DNA of 60,000 nucleotides from Amphiscolops sp. MND2022 (taxonomy: Eukaryota). The notes beneath the pieces were generated by a model. The model saw nothing but the letters and a program-made list of their open reading frames with translations. It ran no database searches and was not told the DNA's origin. Location of the stretch: contig OZ076413.1 of the NCBI GenBank assembly GCA_964187785.1, positions 43,092,001 to 43,152,000 of the forward strand, in the 5' to 3' direction. Shown here piece by piece: positions 13,301 to 24,004 of this stretch. Position numbers and translations under genes: made by a program. Position 1 is the stretch's first letter, and every line of letters begins with the position of its first letter.

Positions 13301-14165
13301 GTGCAGTTTCTGCCCTGAACTGATGTTAGAAGGTGACGATAAGTGTGCGTTTGATTTGTTTTCTGAGCTGTGTGATGGTCTTGTGAGGTGCGGCGCTTTA
13401 TCTCGAGAAGAATGCAATGCTGCTGTGGATGAGTATAGTGCGTACGTGATTGAGAAACGCAGGCAGCATAGTCGATTGGAGCGTTCTGCCAGTTCTATTA
13501 CGGACATTCGCCGCTACTTGCTGGATGATTTTGGGTTCCAGTCACGACGACATGTACTTCGTGTCTTCAAGTTGTGTTGTCTGCTTGTCGGTGAGCCCAA
13601 CCGTGTTAGTCCTCCGTTTACTCTTGATCTGTCGAGTTGTAAACAGGCTGAAGGAAGTGTTCTTCTGTGTTGCAGAGTTGTTCAATCGTATGTTTTGAGC
13701 GACGGTTATTCTCCGCAGTCATTGTTTACTGAGTCATCTATGGGCCTAATTCGAGATGCTGTTTCTGATGCTGGGCTATTCTATATTGGCTCTGATTTTA
13801 ACGTGTGGAAAGATCTGTGTGATGCCGGTGTGGACTCGTTTATTGCATCTTTTTGCGAGCTGTATAAAGAATTTTTGGCAAAGCGACGTCAATCCAGTGA
13901 TGAGCATTATACGGAGTGTAATCGAGTCAATCGTTTGTCTCGGGCAGAGCAGGGGTCTCGTAGCAAATCCGTTGTGCAGAGTAGTTCCAGTTCTGTTAGT
14001 GGAAAAGGGAAAAGTGGTGGAAGTAAAGTTGGTGAAAAGAGCACTGATGGGAAGCAGGTCGGGAAGACGAAGAAGTCTAACGTGCAAGCTGGTGGTAGTA
14101 AAACGACTCCGAAGAAGAAGTCGAAGAAAGACACTGATCCTTCCGTACATCATCATGTCAAGTGA
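10306..14165 (+). CDS. Element B antisense spliced gene (~1070 aa): disordered N-terminus, C2H2/BED-like zinc finger, hAT-transposase-like body
   Basis: Exons 10306-10432, 10544-11008, 11171-11302, 11410-11984, 12148-12768, 12873-14165 joined by GT..AG introns with pyrimidine-rich acceptors give one open 3213-nt frame; motif FFCRVCNRDVRMKAQGSGEFKRHFASDGH. First exon/donor is the least certain. Confidence 0.85.
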
Positions 14166-14311
14166 CTTGTGTTGTGACGATTTGTAGACTTTTATTATGT
14201 TTTGATGATTCTGAAGGAACTATAATTTTGGCTTTGTTGCTGTTCTTTTTAGTTTAGATGATAATTTTACGTAGCTACTCCGGTTCGGTTTAGCCTGTTG
14301 ATTGTTTTCAT

Positions 14312-17300
14312 TTAGTTTTGAGTTTGACGTAAATCGTCCGTTGTAGCTGAGTTTAGCATTCTGAAGTCAGGATCCACGTTGGGTCTCGGATTAGGTCTCA
14401 AATTGTATCGTCCCACTTTTCTAGGATTGTATCCAACGACTATAGGCGGTAATTCGGGTGTTTTGGGAGGGCTGTGTATCGGTGGTGGGGTCAAATTATA
14501 TGGGTTATCGGTGACATCTAGGTCAAATGACATTATATTGTCGGAAAATGCTTTATCTTCTGCAGTATTTTCATTTGTGGCTGTTTGAGCCACGTCGCTT
14601 TCCGTTGTAGCTTCGTCTGTGGTTGTTTGAACCACGTCATTTTCCACTGTACTTTCGTTGGTGGTTGTTTTAACCACATCATTTTCCGTTGTAGTTTCGT
14701 CGCGTCCTGTTGTGTCTGTGATTTCTGTAACTGTGGCTTATTCTGCGGCGTTTTCGGTATTGTTTCCGAACAGAACTTCTCCGAATTCGGTTTCCCAAGC
14801 TTGCGCGTACCAATCATTGTGGGTTGTTTTAACCTCTGGGTCTGGAAGATAATCTTCTCTTCTGACTGTTACGTCAGGTACTCGCTGATTGGGCGCATAT
14901 AGCCTTAGGCGAATTCTGTGGAGGGTTTGGGTATACCTAGTTCCCGTGCGGCGTACGACGTAGTTGTTGTTCGAGAGTACTTTGACTACTATGTAGGGTC
15001 CAGTCCAAATGCAATCTTTAAAAGCGAATTTCATCGACTGGTTGTCTGCCTTCGGATTGAGGACGTAACAGTAGTAATTGACTTTGAGCGGTGTAGCTGT
15101 TGCTTTCTTGTCATAGTACTGTTTGTATTTGAGGTAGGATTGCATTAGGTTCTCTTTGGCAGCTTGGTGTATTTCGGCTATTTGTTTCTGTAATTGATCC
15201 GTTAGTTCGTCGTTGCTATCTTTTTCCCATTTAGGTTTCAGTCCAAGTTTTATGTCCAGAATGTTGTACGGGATGCGTCCGTGAAACACTGTTGTAGGTT
15301 CACAACCTAGGCTTTCATGGTAACTTGTATTGTAATTCATGACTGCAATCTGGACGTATTTGTGCCACATGGAACGCCTTTCTCCCGTTGATATCTTTAA
15401 AGAAGTTTTTAAAGAAGCATGAGTCCTTTCTAGGATGCCAATTGTTTGGGCGTGTTTTGTCGATGCGTGGCTTATCCGTATATCCAATGTTTGTGCTATG
15501 TGGTTGACTACTTCTGATCTGAATTGTGATCCTTTATCTGTTAGAATGACGGACGGTAGGTAGCAGTGTCGTGTCATGACGTCTATTATGCATCGTGCGA
15601 CTGTTCTTGCTGTCATGTCCTGTGTCGGGTAAGCGAAAAGGTAACGCGAAAAAACATCCATCATCGTTATGATGTGTTGGTATCCATTTGAGGAAGGTAG
15701 ATTTGGTAAGATGTCTACTTCTAGGCAGTCTTCTGGTCCCATTGTGAACTCAGTATTGCTTAGCATTTTTGGGCGTATTTGTCTTGTGTCAATTCTTTTA
15801 TTGGCAATGCAGTCTTGACAGCTGGTTACCCAAGCTCTGATTTTACGTGCAAGACCCGGGAAGTAGTATTTCGCTCTGCATTTTTGTATCATTTTTGTGA
15901 TTCCTGGGTGTTTATTTGTTTTTCCATGTAGAGTGGCCAAGAGTTCTGGGACTAGGTGTTTCGGAATTATGATTTGATTATGGGTGACTGATCCGTCTTC
16001 TCCGTAGTATTTCCGCATCAGAACTCCATCTTTCATTATGATTCTTTCTTCGTGGCGTAATAGGTTTCGTCCTCGTGGTTCGGTTTTGAGAAGGTGTTTG
16101 TCATATTCTTCGTGTGAAATCCGTTGTTTCAGTGCTTTGAGGAGAGGGTCTGCATCTTGCTCGTTTCTGATCCGTGCATTTTCTTTGATTGCACCGAAGG
16201 AGTAGACTGCGGAGTTGAGTGGTATCTTGATGACTTCGGTTACTCTTGTTGATAATTCTCTCTCATGTTCGTCTAGGGCGCGTCGCTTGCAGAGTGCTTT
16301 TCGGGCAAAGATTTCTTGTTCAGATTCATCTTCGTCATCAGGTAGGAAGAAAAGTTGTTCTTCATCAGCTACATCTGATGATTGTAGATTGACCTCAATT
16401 GGGGACGTTAGGATGTCGTCTCGTAGTTTAAGTTGTACCTTTTCTTTCGGTGTAAGTTCGAGTCTTGAGAGAAAATCTGCTGCTGTGTTTTGGGAGCCTG
16501 CTACGTGCATAATTCGAAACTTGAACTGTAATACATAGTCGCAAGCGTTCCAGAGTGCAGGGGGTGTCGTTTTGGTCTGGAAGAATCTCGTTACTGAGCG
16601 GTTGTCTGTTAAGACCAGGGTTGGAATTGTTGCTTCCCATAGTATGTGGCTGTATTCGAGGAATGCATGGTAGATTGCTAAGAATTCCTTGCAGTAGATA
16701 GACATTTTCAGTTGTGCAGGTGAAAAAACTCGTGATCCGAACGCTACTGGTGCGAAAGTTTTCCGTTTGGAGAGTATTTTGCGTTCATCATTCTCCTCAA
16801 TCATGAGGGCGTAGCCTGACGCACGAAAGCTTGTGTCCGTCATTAGAACGTACTGTTTCCCTGCTATAGGCTGTCTTAGTGCGAGTCCACAAGCTTCCGC
16901 TAAACTGGCGTTGATTTCCTTAAAGTTATCGACAAGTTCTTCTGAAATTCTGATCTTGGAGTCTGCTTTAAGAAGTTCGTACATGCCGATGAGTTTTTCT
17001 GATAAGCGCGGTATGTAGTTGGGGTAATAGTTAACAAAGCCAATGTACTTTTGAACTTGTTTTTTGGATTTGGGGAAGCGTACTTTGGAGAGGAAATTTT
17101 TGACTTTTTGATCTTGCGGGGCTACTCCGTCGGGGGTGATGGTTCGGCCAAGAAATTCGATTTGGGTTACTCCAAAATGGCATTTTTCGATGGTTAGTTT
17201 TAGTCCTGCTTTCCGGATGCATTTGAAGACTGCTCTGATGTTTTTTATGAGCTGTTCCGTTGTGTTTGCGGCAATGCCAATGTCATCTACGTATTGTGCA

Positions 17301-19608
17301 CATTGATCGGCTTTGATGACTGAGTCCAGATACTCACGCATGAAGCTCGAAAAGGCTGATAGAGCTCTCCTTAGTCCTTGTGCCAGACGACGATAGGCGA
17401 ACGTCCTACTAGCAAAATTAAAAGCAAGTAACTCTACTGACCTTTGGTCTGCCATTTGAAGGCAGTGATACGCCTGGGAGCAGTCAAGTTTGCAGAATAG
17501 TTTTTTCCCTGCTAGGTGTTGTGCCGCATCTGAGAGGGTGCTGACAGGGTGGTTGTTGTTGATGTAGTCATCTGCTATGAGTGCGTTGATTTTGCGCAGA
17601 TCCACCAGTAGTCTCAGTTTGCCGTTGGGTTTCCGTTGTGCAAATATAGGACTGGCGTACTTGGAGAAGGGAAGTGTTGTGATGATGCCGTATTTGTGCA
17701 TGAGGGCCAGCTCTACTGTCAGGTCTTCTTTGAGATTGATTGGGACTGGTAGGCTTTGGGTGTATACTGGTTTATCATCTTTTGGTGTGAGGCTGACTTT
17801 GAATTGTGTGTTCATTCCGATGTCGAGACGGTGGTGGGCAAATATGTTGTTAAATTCGACTAATGTGCTTTCAAGGCTTTCACGGTCTTTGCCCGTGATT
17901 AGTGAGTCGGTCCATTTGAATAACGAAAGAAATTTGTGTCGAGATTCAGCGTTTTCGGTTGGATCTAGTTTTTCTAGTTCGGCAAGTTCTCGTAGTTCTT
18001 TCAAAATTCGTTTTTGTATGGCGGTGTGTTCTTGTTCATCGCCAGGGTTGTCTGGGGTTGGGAACAAGAATTTTTCTTCAATGTCTTCGGGTTTGTCGAC
18101 TTGCATAAGTGCGTTGATGTATGTGACTACATCGTCGTGCTCTGTTAGAAGATTGAGTGCAGCGATGTCTACAGGCCGTATCAGTTTCGTTTCTTCGGGT
18201 TTCAGGATTTGCAGTTCTGCCATTTTGGTGTTAGTGGCTATTGTGTATGGAAAATCCGTAGTGTTGGCGATTTTAATTGGTATCTTTTTGTCTCTGGCTG
18301 TGGTAATCGCTGGAGCTACTATTACCTTCGCGCATTCATCGAATTGTGGTAGGGGTTGTATAGTGCCCGTTATTGGGTGTTCAATACTCACAGGGATTGT
18401 TGAGTAGATGACTCGGGTAGAGTGCGCTGGGATTGTATGTTTGGCTTCGGTCTTTATCGTGATGGGTTTGGGATTGCACTTTTGTCTTTCGTCTGTGAGC
18501 GCCATCGTGATTTGGATCTTGGGAAAGTTAATGGTTCCCTGTGCCGTGTCAAGGATTGCGGCATGTTTTCGTAGAAACGCTAATCCAATTATGGGGAATG
18601 ACGTTTGATTCATGATGATGAATGTTTCTTCAAAAGTGTAATCCCCTATTTTGAAGCGTAGAGTGTACGTGGCAAGTGGTTGTTCTAGTTCGGCATTGGC
18701 GTATTGCACTTTTAAAGGGGGTGGAGGTGCTTTGTTAACAATGCATTGACTCGCATTTTGGTGGAGCTTTTCATTTCAGCATCCCTTTCGCTAATAGCAT
18801 TAATGTACGCACCTGAGTCGACTAAGGCTTCGATTTTGACAGTGTTGAATTCGATTGGTAAGAAGAGCATTCTCTTTTTCTTCTTGAGGGCAATTGCAGA
18901 CATTAACGGGATGTAGTCGTCTTCCTTGTCGTGCTGGATGAATTCTTTGATGACATCTAGATCTTCTGGTAGTGTTGGGTGACATTCTGTTATTTCTTCG
19001 TCTTCAGCGGCTATTGCTGTGGCTGGCGCGGTTTGTGGTGATGACGAGGGCGAAGCGGTGTTTTCTCGCTGTTCTCTTGCTTGTCGTGACCATATTGATT
19101 TGTCTTCAATGCATATGATGTTTTCGGCATCGATCGGTGTGGACGTGATGGTGACGGGTGCTGTTGAGGACGGTGTTGTTCTTTTCAGGATTGGTGACGG
19201 CGGTGATGGTAGGTCTGTGATCTTCGTAACTTGAGCTTGAGGGTTTGAGACTTGGATTTTGAAGGATAGTCTATTTGTATCATAGATGGTTGGTTCATCC
19301 CAAGGGTCCTATCTGTAGTCTTTGTCATATATATAAATTCGGTCTGTTTTTGATTCCGGCAACGGTCTTTTGAGTGTCGCATAGTTATCGGGCGATTCTG
19401 TTATCCACTGGGGTAGTGGCGTTGGATCTTCTGGGTGTCTGGCGCTATGCCTGAGTATCATGCCTACGTTCCAACGGCGTTGCCAGTCTTGGGTTGGTTC
19501 TTCATTACATTCGGTTAAAAAATCTTCTTCATACCTGTTTGGGGGGTCCTCTATCGTGTACGCCCTCGCGTCTATTTTTTCCCCAAATCGTAGGCGCGGC
19601 GATTTTAG
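14312..19608 (-). pseudogene. pol: Element B pol polyprotein (PR, RT, RNase H, integrase), few lesions
   Basis: ALVDSGA protease; QYVDDI RT; RNase H TDTS/KEFLAI/TDNR/ADFLSR; integrase H-H-C-C, VDIL, TDKG, LERTH. In-frame TAG at 19309-19311, frameshift near 18775, TAA at 14738-14740. Confidence 0.95.
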
Positions 19609-21014
19609 TTTTTTGGCTGAGAGGACGTGGTAGGTACAGGTTGTTCACTGATTTTGTTGGTTGGGATGGTGAATTCTCGTTTCTTCTTCCTGGGGTCATT
19701 TACTGCGTTGGCTCCGTTCCAACAGTTCTCAGTTTTGTGCATCTTGCCACATGTATCACACTTGGGTTTGGGTACTTCGTTTTGGGCTGGGTCTTTTGTG
19801 TTTGTTTTGGCGGTATTGTAACGCTCTCGTTGAAGTTTGCGACACTGTGCCTTGTAGTGGCCATATTTGCCACAGTGAAAACAATGGCCTCGTTGTTGTT
19901 GGTCTTTTTTATGGTCCGTCAGTACAGCGTCCACTGTGTTTAGTGGGACTAGGATTGTTTCATCGGGCGCACCTAGTCCGTTTAATCTCATTTCCCTCTC
20001 AAGATGTAAAACTATGTCATTGTAGGGTTTATCTTCCAAATATGCTCTGTTGAGGATCTTTTTGACGTGATCCGGCATTTTGGCGTAGATTGCTTTATCA
20101 ATGAATTTTTGTGCTTCTGAGCCGAATGCTTCCTTTGCAGTTTTTTGCAGGGTGTCAAGGAACTCATGGAGTTTCTGTTTAGTGGGGTCGAAATGCAGGG
20201 CGTCCCACTCACATCTCGCTTTAGCGGATGATTGGAAATCACCAAAGCGGCGTTTAAATGCTGTTATGACTTCTTCTAGGTTGTCTTTTTTGGTGTCATC
20301 TAGATTACAATACGCTTGTAGTGCGTTTCCTCGTAGGAGTGAATGGAAGTAGTTGATCTTTTGTATCTCGGTTAGGTGAGGATACATTTTGATATTGTTT
20401 CGGAATAGGTCCTCAAAAAGTTCAAACTTTTCGGACTTACCATCGAAAACTGGGAGCGAAGCAGTGAGTGCTTTCGGCATCGGAAGTAGATTGGTTGATG
20501 GGAATGTCTGTGGTTGTGGTGCGAACAGTATCTTTGACGTGGATGGTCGGTCTTTTGGTTGTTCGCTGAGTATACGTTGTGCTTTTGGTCGTTTGGTGGG
20601 TTGGTTAGTGGAATCATTGAGGACTCCTGTCACCATGTTACGACTATTAACCGGTGTTGTTTTAGAACTAGTCGCAGTTTGTGTCTTGACTGGGGTGGAC
20701 GTTCTCGTTACGGAGATGTTTTCTTGGTCAGAATCAGAATCTTGTATGTTCGAGCTAACTGAGCGTTTCTTGTTCGCTGGTGCTATTAATTTAAGCATTT
20801 CCTTTTGATTTTCGGCTAATATCTTTGTTAGATCAGTCATTATCTCTTTTCTCAGAGTTGTTTTTATTTCCTCCAGGTTTTCAAGCTCAAGTCTAGGATT
20901 TTTACTAGAACTAGGTATCAGGTTTTCAGTAGAGTTATTTTCAGTTAAGGAAGCTTCGAAATCTCCTGACACTAATTCAGCTACAGATTTTCTCTTCTGG
21001 CTTCTAGTAGTCAT
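19605..21014 (-). CDS. gag: Element B Gag (469 aa), starting inside the 5' LTR
   Basis: Intact ORF; capsid-like LPVFDGKSEKFELFEDLF; zinc knuckles CFHCGKYGHYKAQC and CDTCGKMHKTENC. Confidence 0.93.
   Translation of the reverse strand: MTTRSQKRKSVAELVSGDFEASLTENNSTENLIPSSSKNPRLELENLEEIKTTLRKEIMTDLTKILAENQKEMLKLIAPANKKRSVSSNIQDSDSDQENISVTRTSTPVKTQTATSSKTTPVNSRNMVTGVLNDSTNQPTKRPKAQRILSEQPKDRPSTSKILFAPQPQTFPSTNLLPMPKALTASLPVFDGKSEKFELFEDLFRNNIKMYPHLTEIQKINYFHSLLRGNALQAYCNLDDTKKDNLEEVITAFKRRFGDFQSSAKARCEWDALHFDPTKQKLHEFLDTLQKTAKEAFGSEAQKFIDKAIYAKMPDHVKKILNRAYLEDKPYNDIVLHLEREMRLNGLGAPDETILVPLNTVDAVLTDHKKDQQQRGHCFHCGKYGHYKAQCRKLQRERYNTAKTNTKDPAQNEVPKPKCDTCGKMHKTENCWNGANAVNDPRKKKREFTIPTNKISEQPVPTTSSQPKN
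19608..19614 (-). other. -1 ribosomal frameshift slippery site A AAA AAC (element B)
   Basis: Directly before the gag stop; the -1 frame is the pol frame (continuous with the 18903 protease ORF). Confidence 0.8.
20624..20635 (-). other. Primer-binding site of element B (TGGTGACAGGAG)
   Basis: Abuts the 5' LTR CA end; identical 12-mer at the same place in element C. Confidence 0.85.
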
Positions 21015-22876
21015 TTTTTAATGTTAGAAAACGATTCTTCGGCAATAGATGAATTCTTTGAAGATGATTTTGTTCAACGTTGAAACAACGAAACAGTTTA
21101 AGTTTATTACAACTTGCAAACACAACTAACTCTCTTTACATGCCTCGTCTAAGTATATATACCTTCTTAGCGTCATTTGTTCCTCACGTAAAAATTCCTA
21201 GGAATCGCAAAAATCAGGTTTGTTCAACAAAAAGCGCTAATGATTCATATCATTTCAGTCCCGCGTCGTAAAATCAGGCATCAAAATTCCTAGTTGCGTC
21301 AGTGTTCCGTAAATTTGTTGAAATCATTTTTGTTCAGGCAATCCCATTTCCTGTTTAAGTCTCAAAATTGCGGTAAAATAAAAGTCTAGCTTGCATTTTC
21401 ATCAGCGTAAGCACGCCGGCATGAACAATTAGTCAACTTTCAATTTGGGAGATTGAGATTCGAAGCAAAAGAATGACTCGCAAAAATTAACGAAATTGAA
21501 ACGAGGCAAAAGGAATTTTGGACTAAGGATATTTGAATATTATTGAGGAACAAGCAACGCTAAGAAAAAACATAATGATGATTAATCGGTTAATTTTGTA
21601 AACTGAACAACTGCACCAACAGAAAATCCAACTTTGACCTATACGTGGCCATAACGTAACAAGTACGAATTACAAAGTACAAATAGATAGGAAAAAAATG
21701 TAATTGCAGGCAATAATTATTCTGCACTCGATTGGACTTCGTATATGAATAAATAGGGCAGGCATCCTGCAACAATAGCACTTGGTTTGGGTTTCGACGT
21801 TGACCTTACGTTACGTTCTGTGAAACATTTTAATGATAAACAACTAATCACTGAATACATAAACTCTTAATGTAACGTAAGGCATACGTGATTTGAGAAA
21901 CTGTTGTAATAGCATCGTTACTCTTCGATCATAGTTTTAGCCCCTTCTTACAGTACAATCTTTTACATGTGGACTTGTTTTCAAAACCCTTTAAGTGCGT
22001 CGATTCAGAAAAATCCTTATTTGATTTCGGTTTAAACTAATGCTTCATCGCTATTATTTTACGAATTGTTCCGTACGTATTAAGATTGGTTATAGCTGAG
22101 CGGCGGAATACAATTTTACAATCCGTTCCGTAGCTGCCCCGTACGTATTAAGGTTGCTCATAGCTTAGCTATCGGACCAAGCGGAGAGAAAGCGGAGTGC
22201 GTAGGTGAATTCATTTTCTCTCTTATTCCAATTGGTGTTGCTAGGGGCAACCGAAATTGCTTCTATTCAACTTAGCTAAGAATAGTTCTATCAATAGAGT
22301 GACGTTATTGGTCCGTAGAAGCAAAATTCCTAATATTAACTCAGTAGATTGACGTTGCCATAGCGTTGTAAATATTTGCCTAAATCACTTGGCTGTGCTT
22401 TAAGTGAATATTGACAACCACTTCATCTCTGGAAAACAATTCCGCTCTATTATTCGTCTGTTCTTTTTCATTTTAGATTGTATGAATTCCGTTGGGATCT
22501 CGGAATTGAATTTTATTTTAGTGTGGACCAGTGGAACGAATGATCCCAATTATAAATGTTCATTTTAGTGTTTAGATTAGTATGGCAGAAAATCAGAAAA
22601 TCATACCGGAAATGAAAAATCTTATCACGTGCGGAGAATATTTAACCGGACGTTTTAGTTAAAAATCATTTCTGAAAAACGTTCCGTAACGTTTACGTTA
22701 GGTTTTGTACTCGGAAAATTATCTGCAACCGATTTAGCTGTACTGTAAGTAGAATTTAGATTAGTTTAAAATTAGGTTAGTTTAATAGAGTTTACCTCGG
22801 CCTTGTCCTCGGCCAATTTCGAAACCAGGTATCCCACTGCAGCAGCTATAATCCCGACCGGGAGCGGGTCGTGACA
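20636..22876 (-). repeat. 5' LTR of element B (2241 bp)
   Basis: Direct repeat of 6683-8938; TATATATA at 21154-21161 about 140 bp upstream of the gag ATG. Confidence 0.97.
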
Positions 22877-22881
22877 ACAAT

Positions 22882-23037
22882 AACAAGCAAGTGTGAATTG
22901 TGCAGTATCTTGAAATTTGGCAGGTTCTTCTAGTATGCCAGATTGTGATATTTTGACAGGTTGTTTAAAGTTATGTAATTAGTTAATTCTTTACACTTCA
23001 AGTTTCTCACGCTACTTGAGACATGAGCTCTGCTACA
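22882..23037 (-). repeat. Distal part of the 5' LTR of element A (split by B)
   Basis: Matches ~354-509; begins TGTAGCA on the minus strand. Confidence 0.8.
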
Positions 23038-23375
23038 ATGAACAAAATTCGTACCTAGATTCGTGATTGACACCTTGGATTTTCATTCAAATATGAAGGT
23101 TTCTTGTTTGGTTTTTAGCTTTTTTGTCGTGTTATTATCTCAAATTTTCCAAAACTTTTTGATGTCGGGTAAAACAAAAAATCAAATTTACTTCAGTTCT
23201 GAGTGCTCTCGAGAATAATTTTAAAACAATTTTCCAATAAACTGAGTTGTCGAAGATGAATTAGCCTGAATTTTTGTTTTTTGGTCTGTATTTTTTGGAT
23301 TTTGTTGGTAGGCTGCTGAAAGTGAATGGAATGAAAGAAAATTACAAGAACAGAAAAAAACTAGTCTTGTGAATT

Positions 23376-23776
23376 GGCTCTTTTCTGTTCCAAGCCCCCC
23401 ACCACCAAAATAACTTTGCTTAAAATCTTCAGACTTGCCTAATTAAAAATAAAACCTTCTTTCATAACAGGAAGTTGACTTCTATTAGAGTAGTTTTCCG
23501 CTTGAACAAAACATTGTTCACACATTTTGACTATAATTATGCTCGTATTAAGTGTTTATTGATGCCTCAAAAGAGGAAGCTGTTGAATTCTTCATCAAAA
23601 ATGCGTAACTTACATAAAGAAAAAGAGTGAACAAAGTTTGTTTCTGAATCCTAAACTATTACGCTGAGAATATATTTGAAACTGAAGCTTTCTGGTTTGT
23701 ATTCAAGTCTATTTGCTATAAGATTTTCACTAATTCTCCAAAAAAATTTTGGTGGTGGGGGGAACAGAAAAGAACC
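23376..23776. mobile_element. MITE, probably Merlin-type
   Basis: Imperfect ~30 bp TIRs GG(C/T)TCTTTTCTGTTCC..CCCCCACCACCAAAA; perfect 8-bp TSD TGTGAATT (23368-23375, 23777-23784); TIR resembles the Merlin end at 42066-42111. Confidence 0.8.
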
Positions 23777-24004
23777 TGTGAATTTATCTTGAGTTGCTGC
23801 ACTCATTTCCTTATTCCTTTTCATTTATCCAGGCGATGATTCATACTAGAGAAAAGACACATGAACGATTTCTGATCAAACTCTTCAACTCTTTGACTTT
23901 CCTCAATTTTCCGTCTTTTATAAGAAAATTATATAACAAAGTTCCATAAAATCAACATTCAATCGTTGTAATTGAGTGACTCCTCAGCAATTGCCAATAC
24001 GAAG

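Larger units (their letters stand above)
6683..22876 (-). mobile_element. Element B: full-length 16.2 kb Ty3/Gypsy LTR retrotransposon with extra genes
   Basis: Near-identical ~2.25 kb LTRs with TG...CA termini, perfect 5-bp TSD ACAAT (6678-6682 and 22877-22881), PBS, gag, pol in PR-RT-RH-IN order. Confidence 0.97.
315..23037 (-). mobile_element. Element A: old, decayed Ty3/Gypsy LTR retrotransposon (interrupted by element B and by a ~1.26 kb insertion)
   Basis: ~195 bp direct repeats at 315-509 and 6645-6682 + 22882-23037 (diverged, many mismatches); probable 5-bp TSD ATGAT (310-314) / ATGAA (23038-23042); broken gag, protease, RT, RNase H and integrase fragments between them on the minus strand. 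Confidence 0.85.

Noticed and set aside
8844..14165. env gene in the post-pol region of B (and C)
   Set aside because: No signal peptide, fusion peptide or TM anchor; the large gene is antisense and nuclear-type.
10306..14165. Independent hAT transposon inserted into B
   Set aside because: No TIRs or 8-bp TSD seen, catalytic motifs absent, and a homologue sits in the same position and orientation in C.
17577..18407. 276-aa plus-strand ORF and other ORFs antisense to pol/gag
   Set aside because: Shadow frames of the coding strand; no motifs, splice signals or evident counterpart in the other element.
19309..19311. Programmed stop read-through in B pol
   Set aside because: No equivalent stop in C; more simply a nonsense mutation or sequencing error.
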